From: Geosiphon pyriformis uo1
Taxonomy: Eukaryota > Fungi > Glomeromycota
Length of the DNA: 64,000 bases
Assembly (NCBI GenBank): GCA_016748015.1
Contig: JAAOMT010000602.1
Span: forward strand, 1,005,696-1,069,695
Direction of reading: 5' to 3'
Every line of letters begins with the position of its first letter. The first letter of the stretch is position 1. The position numbers were made by a program, and so were the translations under genes. Under the pieces are notes generated by a model, which saw nothing but the letters and a program-made list of their open reading frames with translations, made no database searches and was not told the origin of the DNA. Of this stretch, positions 38,876 through 50,929 are shown in pieces.

Positions 38876-39791
38876 TTATTCCCTCCTTTAATATTGAGCT
38901 CTTGCAAAATCTTCTAAATCTCTCTTTTGTATCAATGTTGTTGTGGTAATTTCTATTGCTATTTGTAAATCTAATTTTATATGTGACTGGGGTTTTTAAC
39001 TGTAGTAGTTTTTTCAAAATATTCATATTCAAATCTTGCATCTGTATTATGTGCATGTTCAGACATAATGCCCTTATTATTATTACTAAATTTAGTTAAT
39101 TCCTGCTCCATTGTAAGATCTAAAAGTGTGATATATTGTTTGGTATTTAAAGTGAAGTTTGAATTGTTGTTGGAGTTTAAATTGTTGTTGTTATTAGCAG
39201 AGTTTGAATTGTTGTCATTATTAGTGAAGTTTGAATCAGGATTAAGTTCTAATTCCAATTTTAATGTACAGCTGCTGATTGGTTTTTTTTTTTCTGAGAT
39301 CATGTAGATTGTGCATAGTGGTGGATTGTAAATGAAGTCACATTCATTACAATATTGGAAGTCATAGGGAATTAAACAATATTGACATAATCGAGTATTC
39401 AACTGTTTTAAGTATTGCTTCTGTTCTTCTCTAGTGAGTGCTAAGTTTTGATAATGTTTATGGAATTTTTCTAGACCTGTTTCAATATCCAAAAATGTTT
39501 CTGGATTGGGGATCAAAACAATGTTGACTGGTTCTGATGAGTTGTTCTTGATCTCTAAGATTTTGCTAAGTGTGGCTCCTTCAACTTTGGTATTGGTCAT
39601 ATGTCAGATCTTATCTTCATCATGTGAATACCTATTCAAACAATTGATTGCTTGGTGTCAGGCTGCAGTAATAGGCATTCCATGACTCATCCAGTCACTA
39701 ATGAGGATTATGTATTGGCATAAAGCATCACATGTTCCTTCTTACCCAGGAATGTCATTCCACATTCCTTCATTGAGCAACTGTTTGCCAC

Positions 39792-40774
39792 TGTTACCGG
39801 AGGTTTTTGGTTTTTTTTCTTGAATGTTGTTAATGTCTGTTTGTTGTGAATTCACGTTTCCAGAAAGTAGTTGAATCTCCAGTAACTGAATTTATCTTCA
39901 AATTATCTCCTATAATTTGAACTTGCTAGGCTTATGAGTGGAATGGCCAATTCCGTGCCAGTTGCTTTATGTAGTTACATTGTAGTAAATGTCAACTCTT
40001 TCCCAGGAATTGCTCATCTGGAAGCTCACTAAAAATGTGTAGTTACTTTGCTGTGAAAGTCAACTCTTCTACAGAAATCTTGTCTGTAGGCTACCCTAAT
40101 GATTGTAATAAGAAAAAAAAATAAATAAATAAAAGAAATGTAAAAAAAATAAGATTTTATCAAGAGAAACGTTTTTCTATCCAGGTCTAGAATCACTAAC
40201 AGTTTACTAAAATTGGTAGCTAATCAATTTTAAAATGTTAGTTGGGTTTTGGGGATTTTCCAAGTGCAATAATTAAAGAATTTGGTTTTTCGAATTATTT
40301 GATATTTATTTCTTTTTGTGTGTATAAGAATAGTTCTAAGTGATAAATCTAAAGTAAGATACATTTTCTCGAAAAGAAATGCTCTTCTTTTATACAACTT
40401 GTCATAACACTATTCTATGAACTTGAACTTTGCTATTTTCTACAATTTCACTGAACTAAAGATATATTTCAGCAAACTACAAGTTATTTCTGCGAACTAT
40501 TAGATATTTTGGTGAACTATCAATTATTTCAGCAAATTTCTACAAATTTCGGCAAACTTTTGAATGTTACATAGTTCAGGGTATTGCATGATTGATTATT
40601 GCAATTAGGTTACATTTGTGTTGTGTACAAATTGGATTATTAATTTAAATAATAATTTCAGACATTTTGCTAATGTAATAAGTAATAATTTGAAATGATA
40701 ATATATGCTAATTAATAATAGGATTTATAAGATAATTTTATGCTAAATAATATCTCTAATTTCGTTTGGTAACA
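39792..40774 (-). repeat. 3' LTR of element B
   Basis: TGTTACCGG...TGGTAACA; adjacent PPT GAGGAGGAGG on the minus strand at ~40778-40787. Confidence 0.95.
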
Positions 40775-41462
40775 TAACCTCCTCCTCAAGACTGAGCTCT
40801 GTTGAAGTCCAAGTACTGTCTGTAATTTCCAAATAGTAATCCAAAATTATTGAAGAAATTTGGTCTGAAAATTGTTGAAATTTCAGTTCTGTGAGCTTTT
40901 TAATGTATTGAATCTTCAAAGATCATAAAATTGGGTTTTGTAAGATATTTTCACAGATGTGGAATAGGTCATAGAGTCTAAGAGCAGCTCTAAGCTTATA
41001 GCAACTGTTTCTTGGTCCAGCTGTTGTTTTGAATTTGTTGTGGAGTTGTTTCTGAATAGCTTCTTTTGTGAAGTTTGCTGTTGTAAATTCCAGTTTCTGT
41101 TCATAGAGTGTTTTTCCAATGTGGAAATATTTATAGATTGGAGGATATTTAGTGTTTTCCTTATTAAGACACAGTTGAAGTCTTTGTTGAATTGTAGCAT
41201 TTGGTGGAATACTAATTGGAGTGAGCATTAGGTTTTTTCTTAAAACAAGCTTTAAAAGTTCTGGCAGGTGAATTCCAGAATAACTTCTTGTGTTCTTCTT
41301 ATATGGGTGATATTTTCATGAATTTGGGGCTAAATTTGTAACTACTTCTGTTTGGGTATAATTAATGTGGTTTCCAGTAACAGTAATGAATAATTCGGGT
41401 ATTGTTTTTAAAACTAACATTAGTTTTTGGGATATTTGTTGAATGTTTTGAGGAATAGTCAT
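40775..41462 (-). pseudogene. ORF3 of element B (unknown ~230-aa protein downstream of integrase)
   Basis: ATG at 41462 (MTIPQNIQQISQKLMLVL...) is in frame with ORF 40923-41228. Two internal TGA codons; the frame continues to the PPT. Confidence 0.75.
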
Positions 41463-41589
41463 TATAAGAGATTTGAAATAAAAGAAAATTATTTTTGGTG
41501 TATGAGTTTTTATGTTATTTTTTTTTTTCTTTGTTTTGTTTTTGGTAAGATTGTTTTTAAATTATAAGAGAATAACTAGTAAAATTAAA

Positions 41590-42962
41590 TTAAGTGTTCA
41601 GGTTAAAAGGTTGTTCAATAACAACTATTGGTTCTAAGTTTTAGGGAATATCTTCAGAATTGACTAAAGAGGAATGTGTACCAATTTGTGGAATTAATGG
41701 TTCAGGATTGTTTCTGGAATGATAGTGTTTCAAACGATCTCCATGTGCAACTTTTGCTAAGATTTTGTCATCAAGTTTTAGCTTGTATGATCCGTTGCCT
41801 AGGACTTCATGGATAAAGAATGGTCCATCTCATTTATTTTCAAATTTTTCACTCCATTGTTTTTCAGCTTTAGTTCTGTGTAAGAAAACTTTGTTTCCAA
41901 TTTTAAATTCATTGATGACTGAAGACAATTTGTTATTATGCTGTTCTTTTTGTCGAGCTTGGAAATGTTCAATATGGGTGGCTGTTATTTGTTGTTTTCC
42001 TTCCAATGTGCTAAGCAGAGTGTAGGCTTTTCACTGAAGCGTTTCTTAGAAATTGTTTTCATCGATTGGTTGTGCTGAATATGTTTCCACTGTGAAACTA
42101 ATTGGTAATGTTGCTGTTCTTTTGTAAGTTAAATCAAATGGTGTGTGTTTTGTGGTATCTTGTTTTAGTGTTCTGTATGCTAGCAACACTAATGGAATAA
42201 AGATATCCCACTCTTGCTCAAAATCGGTTGAGACTTTGGCTAATGATTCATACAATATTCTGTTAAAATGTTCCACAAATCTGTTTGTTTGTGGATGATA
42301 GGGCGAAGACAGAGGTCTTTTGACATTGAATTGTTTACAAATTTCTTATATTAAGTTGTTTATAAAGTGTGTTCTCTGATCAAATAAAAGTTCAATTAGA
42401 CATCCGTGTCTACAAATGATGTCTTTATAGATGAAATTTGCTACTGATTTCGTATTTGCTTGTTGAATAGCTCTGACTTTGGGCCATTTAGTAAGATAGT
42501 CTACAGCTACTGCAATATAACAGTTTCCTTAAGTGGTGATAGATAGTGGTCCGACTAAATCAATATCAACTCAGTCAAAGGGTTGTCCAACTTTGATTGG
42601 ATTTAATGGTTCAGTAGGGCGTGTTCCTTTTCTTCTTTAACAATTATCACAAGATTTGACATATTCGTGAATGTCTTTTCTTATTTGAGGCCAAAAGTAG
42701 TATTCTAGTGTTCTTTGGGTGGTGTTATCTTTTCCAAAGTGTGCTGATAAAGGATCTGAGTGCATGTTGTATAATATAGTCTCTTTTTTCTGTTCTTGTA
42801 TTAATCTGAGTGGTTTGTTTGGGTTTTTGAAATTTCAATAATAAATAATGTTGTTGTGTAGAAAATATTGTTTGGCTTGCTGTTGTAGTCGATGTTTTTC
42901 ATCTGGAGACCAATCTGTTGGGATTGTTAATGTTTCCAAATATTGTAGTTTTCTGAATTCAT
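41590..42962 (-). pseudogene. Integrase of element B
   Basis: HSDPLSAHFG, CD.C, YHPQTN, FNRIL, TPFDL and GPFFI motifs; broken by stops. Confidence 0.92.
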
Positions 42963-43013
42963 TGTTTGTTGGCTCTTTTGGTTGGTTAAGTTGAGTGTTG
43001 GTTTTTGTGTTTT

Positions 43014-44330
43014 CTAATCTTGTCTCATTCTGGAGAGACAATCAATATTGGTGTGGAGTTTTCCTGATTTGTGATGTACTATGTATTGATAGTTTGCTAG
43101 AAATCCTGTCCATCAGGTTTGTTTTGCATTTAGCTGAGTATTTTTGTTCTGAAGCTATTTGAGTTCAATATTATCAGTGATAATATCGAATTCTTTAGGC
43201 CTGAGATAAAGGTTGAAGTGGTGTAGGGCCCAAATTATGGCTGCTGTTTCTAGTTCTGTGGCAGGGTAGTTTTTCTCAGCTGGTTTTAATGTTCTGCTAA
43301 CATAAGTAATTACTCGCTCATTTCCATTGTCATCTAGTTGTGATAAGATGGCACCAAAGGCAGTATACGAAGCATCTGTAGCTAGTTGAAATCATTTGCT
43401 GAAATCCAGGTAGGCGAGGATTGGAGCTGTTGTCAGTTTTTTCTTGAGAATTCCAAAAGCTTTTTGGTGTTTGGTAGTCCATTTGTATTCAACGTTTTTG
43501 GTGGTAAGCTGGTTGAGGGGTTTTGCAATTTCCAAGAATTCTTTGATTAACTTCCGATAGTAGAATGCTAATCCTATGAATTCTCTTAGTTTTGTAGTGT
43601 TTCGAGGAGTTTTGAAGTTTTTGACAATGCTGATTTTTCCAGGATCCAGTTTGATTCTATCTTTACTAACAATATGACCAAAAAAGGCCAGGCTTGTTTT
43701 TCCAAAGTAGTATTTTTCAATGTTGAGTTTTAGTCCTGCTTTTCATAATTGTTGAAAAACTTCTCGCAGGTGTTTTAAGTGTAATTCAAATGATGGAGAA
43801 TAACCATCAGTATCATTAAGATAAACGACTACTGACTTCCAAAGGAGTCCTTGGTACACAACATCCATTAATCTCTGAAACATTGCTGGTGTATTGCATA
43901 ATCCGAAAGGCATTATATTGAACTCGTAATTTCTACCTTGGGTGGTGAATGCTGTTTTGGAGTGATCTTTAGAATTCATAGCAACTTGCCAGTAACCGTT
44001 TTCTAAATCTAGTGTTGAAAAATATTTGGATTTTTCAAGAGCATCTAACATGTCATCAATCTGGGGAAGGGAGTAGGCATCTCTAATTGTAACATTGTTG
44101 AGTTGTCAATAGTTAACACAAAATCGGATCTTTCCATTTTTTTTTTTTAACTAGTACTACAGGTAAAGCCCAAGGACTTATGGAGAGTTGGATGAGCCCA
44201 TTGTTAAGCATTTGTTGTATTTCTTCTCAGCTGAATTGGTGGCTTTCTGGAGCAACTTGATATGCTTGTTGTCTTCTTGGTTTGGCATCTTCTGTATAAA
44301 TTTGGTGTTGGACCAAATTGGTTCTTCCTA
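43014..44330 (-). pseudogene. Reverse transcriptase and RNase H of element B
   Basis: FSTLDL..GYWQV, KTAF, MPFGLCN, YLND (decayed YLDD); RNase H TDAS, TDN, DCLSR. Confidence 0.93.
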
Positions 44331-44849
44331 AGTCATTGTTGTTTTCAGTAAAGATATCGGCAAATTCTGCAATTAGCTCTTTGAGCTGAGTTTGTTGTTG
44401 TGGTTCAAGTTGTTTCATGTTGATTCGAGATAGTTTTTCCATGACAACATGGTAGTTTTCGGAGCTGGAGTTTGGGTTGATTTTTGGTAGTGAATGTCCA
44501 ATAATTTCAGAAAAATCGGAAACTGTTTGGAGTAATTCTTGTTGAAATATATTACTGTGAATAACTCCAATTTCTAAATTATTTAATAAAATTATGGGGT
44601 AATTATTGGAGTTGTAAAAAGTAACTTGGACTTTTTTTGTTCCTTCTGGAATATAAATGTTTGAGATTAAAATATTATGTTCCAAGCAGACTTGTTCATT
44701 GGACTCAAAAATTTGTTGTGTGATTGTTGGCTTTGGACAGGTGTAGATTTCCGGATGTTCTCCAAAGGGTGAGATGGTAATTGGTTGTGGAAGTCTGAGA
44801 ATCTGGTGGGATTCATTCTGTGTATTAAGAGCTATATTAACTGGAACTG

Positions 44850-45263
44850 TGAATTGTCCAGTTGAACCAAAACCTTGGGTTCTTCTATTGCTTTTTCCTA
44901 ATTGTTCTCTTTGATTGACTAGTTGCAAACCCGAAATGTTGATTAAGGGTAGGTAAATAGCTTGGGCAATTTTTTCAGCATGTTCGATCTTGAATGGTTT
45001 GTCAGTTTCATTTTGAAGCATTACTGTAATGTCTCCAGTATATTCAGCATCGATTATTCCTCTTCTGACATTGATTTCTTTGCTTGCCAGAGAGAACTGA
45101 GAGGTGATTTGAACCATTGCTCCTGGTGTGATTTTGAGTGCAATTTTGAGGTTGATTTTTGTAAGAGATTTGGGTTTGAGAACAAAAGTATTCTTGCCTG
45201 GATATCTTAAGTCATATCCAGCATCAATTTCATGTGCTTTTTCGGATTTTATTCCTTGTCCAT
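44850..45263 (-). pseudogene. dut: Trimeric-type dUTPase of element B (first residues lie beyond the A insertion, at 55321-55350)
   Basis: DAGYDL, SQFSLA (decayed SRSSLA), GIIDAEYTG, IAQ and RRTQGFGSTG correspond to dUTPase motifs I-V. Confidence 0.92.
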
Positions 45264-46099
45264 TGTTACTCATAGAAATATAAGAAATATATTAGCATAA
45301 TTATTAGCCAATCAGAAGTAAGTGTAGTAAATGTGGAATTCCAGAATTCTTATCAGGAATTGCAGAATTCCAGGAATTTCAAGATTTCCAATAAGAAATT
45401 GCAGGATTCCTAATTATGTATATATAGCAGTAGTGGTAGAAACAGAAAAGACAGAATTAATACCACAGAATCCTTAGCCTAAAAATGCAATCATCAAATA
45501 AATAATTATTTTATATCTCCATCCACTTCTCTCACTATCAACCCTTCATGTTGATAGTAATTGATACTTGACCATGCTGGAACAATAGCTCTTGATCATG
45601 GCTATTGATGGAATACTAATCTGCAAATTGCCTTGGCTTATTTCTTTGCTTTCTTTATTTCCTTTTATTTCTTTTTTTCTTTATTTTATTTTGATTTGTT
45701 GTTATATACTAATTGATAAACAATTAAGCGCTAAGTTATTGACATTAAGGATAGCCTGGTAAAAGACCCAGAAATACAGGTAGGATTTTTATATATTATT
45801 GGATAGCTTACCAGAAAGGCACGACTGCCAGACTAAATCCAGCCACCACACTGAGAAAAAAATTGGGAAAACTCTTGGAAAATATCTCTACTATCGACAC
45901 TATTGAATCTCTGTCTATTATACAAAAGACTTAATCAAAACTTTCAGATCAACCAAAACCTTCAGATCAACCAAAACCTTCAGATCCATCAAAACCTTCA
46001 GATACAGCATCTTCAGAATAGCCTCAATGGAAATAGCTTTTGAGCACCAAGTTATGGGTTTGTTATTTAATTCAACAGCAAAAATAATCACCTGTAACA
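45264..46099 (+). repeat. 5' LTR of element A
   Basis: TGTTACTC...CTGTAACA; TATA-like TATATATAG at ~45419; 18-bp repeats at ~45935-46005. Confidence 0.95.
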
Positions 46100-46101
46100 T
46101 T

Positions 46102-46118
46102 TGGTGCTCCCTGTGAGA
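46102..46118 (+). promoter_or_regulatory. Primer-binding site of element A
   Basis: TGGTGCTCCCTGTGAG lies 2 nt after the LTR; TGG pairs with the tRNA CCA end. The tRNA identity was not determined. Confidence 0.85.
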
Positions 46119-46161
46119 TATAATCCTACAGAAAACCAGCACCAACAACACCAAACCAAAA

Positions 46162-48200
46162 GTAGCAGAATCAGAAAACATAGGAGCAAACCATTTAGGA
46201 TTTGCAAAATCCTTATTTCAACACTATTGTCAATACTTGGGATTAAACCACAATCATATATCTGCCAAATCAGCCTTCAATTTCTACATCAATGAAAAGA
46301 TTTTCTCTTTATTAGAAACACCAGTGAATACTGAATCAACAAGAGAAACTTTCTATAAAAAATTAATTCAAAACACCAACCTACCAACAAATCATAATTT
46401 TGCATCCATCATCACTGAGATCAACAAAAAAATTGAACACCACACTCAACAAAAATATCCAATTACATATACTAGTAAAGACAAGGGAAAATTACAAACA
46501 CCAGCAGTAATACCCAGAAAATTACAGCCACCTGCTTGGAAGAAAAACAGAGTTGAATCCCCAAGCAATCCATCTTACTACTATACACCTGGAAGCACGA
46601 TCAACATATCATTAACCAACGCATTCTCATCAACTGCGACATCAGCATTTGGACAATTCCCATTCCAAAGTAGACAAAAGAAAACAGAATTGTTAGGACC
46701 ATATGATGAATACTTTAAGGAATTTAATTCACAATCATCAACCCTATCAGGACTTTGATCACCACTGTCTCCACCAGATTTTGGAATCTCTGATCCATGG
46801 GAAGCAGTGGAATCAGAAAAGGAAGAAGAAGAATCAGAGAATCAAGAATTCACTTACCAGCACCCAATCACTGAAAACCCGGAAGTTGAAACCCTAAACC
46901 TTCAAACTCAGCAACAGTTAGAAAATCCAGAAATCAAAACTCCGAATATTCGAATGCCGCCAAATCCAAGAAATCAAAACCCCGAATTAATTAATCAGCA
47001 AAACTTATCTCCAGTAATCATTATCGATCAACTGCCGATTAATTCCATAGCTGAACCCATACAGCAGCCACTTTAACTACCACCCCAACAACTACTTCAA
47101 CAGCCACCACAACCACTTAACTTAGACCCAATGGCCTATGCACCCATCACAAAACTCGACAACTTTACTGGCAAAGAGAATGATGCTCAAATATGGCTGA
47201 ATGATATAGAAAAGGCCATTGCAGCCAACGGATGGAATGATGCTTAAGCAATGCAAGCCATTCCCTACTTTCTCAAGGATACTGCCAATTTATGGTATCA
47301 GAGTTTGGTTAATAAACCACAAGATTTCAATGCCTTCAAAGCAGAATTCCTAAGATATTTCAGCAACAACAATAGCATTAATCACCTAGTTAATACATTT
47401 ACCACCATAAAACAAGGAGAAACTGAAACAGTTACCACTTACTTGGGATGCTTCCATTGAAACTTGCACCAAATTCAAGCAATTGATGATGACTATTTCA
47501 CAGCACCACAGATACTCAACCAGTTTATCCGTGGTCTATGCAGCAGTATCTTGCAACATGTACGTCCATTGCATCCTGGCATGCTTCAAGACGCAGTTAC
47601 ATGCACCAGAAATTTTGAATTTGCTAAGTCAGAAGCTAACCATGCCCAAGCTGTTAATCTAGTAATGAACGGATCATCTAAATTGGATTCCAAATTGGAG
47701 AAGTTCAGTGAATCAATTAATAAAAGATTGGAAGGATACTTAGCTGACAATCACGCCATTTATCAGCCTCCACAATGATGCAATAATCAAGGACATCCTA
47801 ATTGTGGCCAAAATCAACCACATCTATCTTCATCAACTGATCAATAGTGGCAACAGGAAATGTGTATCTGCCACTATTGTGGTAACTAAGAACATATCCA
47901 AATTGACTGTCGCCAGCATTTAAATAACCAATAATTGGGAAATCAATATCGAAACCCTGATTACCAGTTTCAAACTCCGAATTATTATCCAAATCAAAGT
48001 CAAGACCAATATCGGAATAATTACCTGCCAATAATGCAGCAATCAATTTATTAACTGCCAGTATATCAACCTCTGATTTATCAGCTGCAGTCACAAGTAA
48101 TATATCAACCGCAGCCACAAATCATCTATCAACTCCAACCAATTTAAACACCACCTCAGAATCTAGCTCAAATGACATCAGGCAACCTTTAATCCAGAGT
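46162..48200 (+). pseudogene. gag: Gag of element A: AUG-less N-terminal extension 46162-47130, capsid from ATG 47131, CCHC knuckle ~47868-47910
   Basis: All fragments are in one frame; MAYAPITKLDNFTG...WLND, ANLWY, QFIRGL; CHYCGN*EHIQIDC. Confidence 0.9.
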
Positions 48201-48499
48201 TACTCAAAACTGGAGATCGGCAATAGTTGTTCACCAACCAATTCTCCGTTTGCTAGACCCACCATCAAGATCACACACCCGGAATTTGGATACCAATCAC
48301 ATCCAAAACCCAAATTCCCAACATTATTTAAGTCTCCTGGTTATTCCAGAAAATGCCACATCCAACAACACAGAATCCAATCAGCACGTACCTACCAACA
48401 CAATTCTACTGGCAACCATTTCTAGCAACAAATTCTTAGCAGCCATTTTTCCTTTCGAACTCGAAAAAAACACACCAATACTGTTATTCAGTGGAGCCA

Positions 48500-48900
48500 C
48501 CCTCAAAGAGAAACCCATAACAGCAATATACATGGATGCCAGAGTTAATGGTCACTCCATCAAACTCATCCTAGATAGTAGATCAGCTGGCAGCATAATC
48601 ACATGACAATTCATGGATCAATTAGGTCGCCAAGTTGATTAAGCTGCCAGCACCAGAATCATCACAGCCGATGGAGTGACCAAAACTCTAATCGGTGAAA
48701 TCGACGAGTTTCCTTTTGAAGTCAATGGTATTGTGACTCCCATTAAAGTTCTAGTAATGGAAACCACTCAATACCAAGCTTTCGTTGGTAATGACTGGCT
48801 ATCTAAAGTCAATGCAATGTTAGACTAGAACACCCAGAAACTCCAGCTAATGTATTAGGGCCAACACATACATGTCCCGGCCACGTGTGGCCACTTCAAA
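48500..48900 (+). pseudogene. Retroviral-type aspartic protease of element A
   Basis: IKLILDSRS (decayed DSGS) and VGNDWL. Confidence 0.9.
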
Positions 48901-49244
48901 ACATCTCCAAGAGAGAAACTATTGATCAAACTGAAGGAGGAGAAAAAAAAGCCTATCTGGGAAGCCTACCAAGTATTTTGGGCTGACGAAGAGCACAACA
49001 AACTACTGCCAATACTCTCCTGGGACGACAGCAACAAAAGAAAAGGGAAACAAAAGGAAGAACTTACCTGGGAAACTGATAACCTAACATGGACTGACAA
49101 CGACGAGAACGAACCGACTTTAAGCTGAGAATAGAAAGAGGACAAAGAAAATAAAAGAAAAGGGAAAGAAGAAAAGACCACCCAAACCATCACCACTTAT
49201 CATAATACCTACACTATTCCACAACGATCTACTTATCATCAACC

Positions 49245-49865
49245 TAAGCTTATATGTGTCAATTGTGACAAGAAATTGTTGTCAATGGGCACATGCTGTG
49301 GCGACGATAAGGAATACCACACTGCAACAAAATTCTGCTGTCATCCATGCTTACTTGAATGCTTCGGACAACCAAAGAGGCAAAAAAAATGGGATAACCA
49401 ACCTTGTCTCACTTGTGGGGAGACCCTGCTAGATGAAAGGATGTGGAACGACATCTCAGAATGAAGAGAAACGTGTGACGTGTTGTGTCAATACATGATT
49501 CTAATAAGTGACTGGGTAAGGAAAGAAACCCCAATAGAAGCAGCCTGGAGAAGAGCCGTGCAGCGACTAGACAGTTGTCTACATGATGATGACAAAATTT
49601 GGTGAATGGCACTTACCAAAATCAAAGGAGCGATGCCAGAAGAGATAAAAATGATCAAAGACAACTCTCCAGAACTTTTAGAGCTTGACTGGAATACAGA
49701 ACCCATCATAAACCTCCTGGATCCAGAACAATTCCACGAACACTACTAAGAATTAGCACCTACAAGAGAAGAATAAGAACAACAGTTAGAGCAGTTGAAT
49801 GCTCAACTATGTCAACACTGCCTAATTCCCTGTGACTTCCAGTATTGTAATGAGTGTGACCTCAT
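49245..49865 (+). pseudogene. Unrecognised Cys-rich domain between protease and dUTPase
   Basis: CVNC, CHPC, WDNQPCLTCG, CDVLCQY, CQHCLIPCDFQYCNEC; the same pattern occurs in B (55460-56070) and E. Confidence 0.75.
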
Positions 49866-50109
49866 TTACAATCTACCATCACACATGATCTACACAATCC
49901 CGGAAGAGGAAGAACCAATCAGCAGCTGTGCATCAAAATCAGAATCACCAATCAATCGCGATTCAAACTCCGACAATGATGATGACAACAATAGTTCAAG
50001 CTCCGTTCAAAATGGCAATGACAACGACAATAATTCCGACTCAGATACAAACTCCGATTTAAACTATGAACAATACATTGTACTACCAGATCTCTCCAAG
50101 GAACAAAAA

Positions 50110-50525
50110 TTGAAATGGTATAGTGACAATGGGGAAGGTATTATGCCAGAACATGTGCATGATACTGATGCAGGGTTTGATCTGAGATATCCAGAAAAAG
50201 ATGCCATCAAATTAGAACTGTATTCACATATCTGCATTGATCTGAAAATAGCACTAGAAATTCTGGCAACAACAATGGTTCAATTAGCATCTAGGAGTAG
50301 TTTAACAAAAAGAGGGATCAATATAAGAGAAGGAATAATTGACGCGAGATATGTAGGAAATATCATCACCATGCTACAAAAAGACCTATATAATAGAGCC
50401 CAACAAAAAGATAGCACAGGCAATATTCCTGCCTCTGATTAGAGTAGCTCAGTTAGTGTCAGTGGGAAAGAAAGAGGAATTGGGAATAACAGCGAGAGGA
50501 ATACAAGGATTTGGATCAACAGGTA
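50110..50525 (+). pseudogene. dut: Trimeric-type dUTPase of element A (frameshifted near 50380)
   Basis: DAGFDL, SRSSL, GIIDARYVG, IAQAIF, RGIQGFGSTG. Confidence 0.93.
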
Positions 50526-50929
50526 GAATAAAAGTACCAGTTAATATGGTGGAGGAAGAAATTGTTGGCCAAGGAGAAATTATCTCAACTGGTCAAGCTA
50601 TTTTCATTCCACCATATAGCCAGTACATGTTAGCAATAGAAAGGAAGGAAAAAGAGCAAGAACAGATTTTTGAAGTGGAAGCAATCTTTTGTGAATCAGA
50701 AGAGATTGGGTTGATTAATCTCCACATACCAGCCAAAAGCTATAGCAGCATAAAAATTCCCATCTACAACAACACTGGTAATGTCATCAACATACCAGAA
50801 GGAACCACCATCGGATATCTAACCACAAAAATAGAAAACCAACCACCAAACTCCATTCCAGACTTTTCACAACTTTGTGGATATGTTGACATCACATTAC
50901 AGACAATTTATGGATGAGACAAATGTTAT

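Noticed and set aside
46102-46118. tRNA gene
   Set aside because: It is only the PBS complement; no cloverleaf or A/B boxes.
45780-46120. ORF inside the family-A LTR (18-bp repeats; antisense KVLVDL repeats at 45918-46181 and 55139-55516)
   Set aside because: Openness is explained by the repeat; other A LTR copies lack the repeats and have stops.
47779-48250. Programmed gag-pol frameshift or readthrough
   Set aside because: Gag and protease are in the same frame in A, and the many stops here fit CAA/CGA decay in a Gln-rich tract; I did not find one conserved across families.
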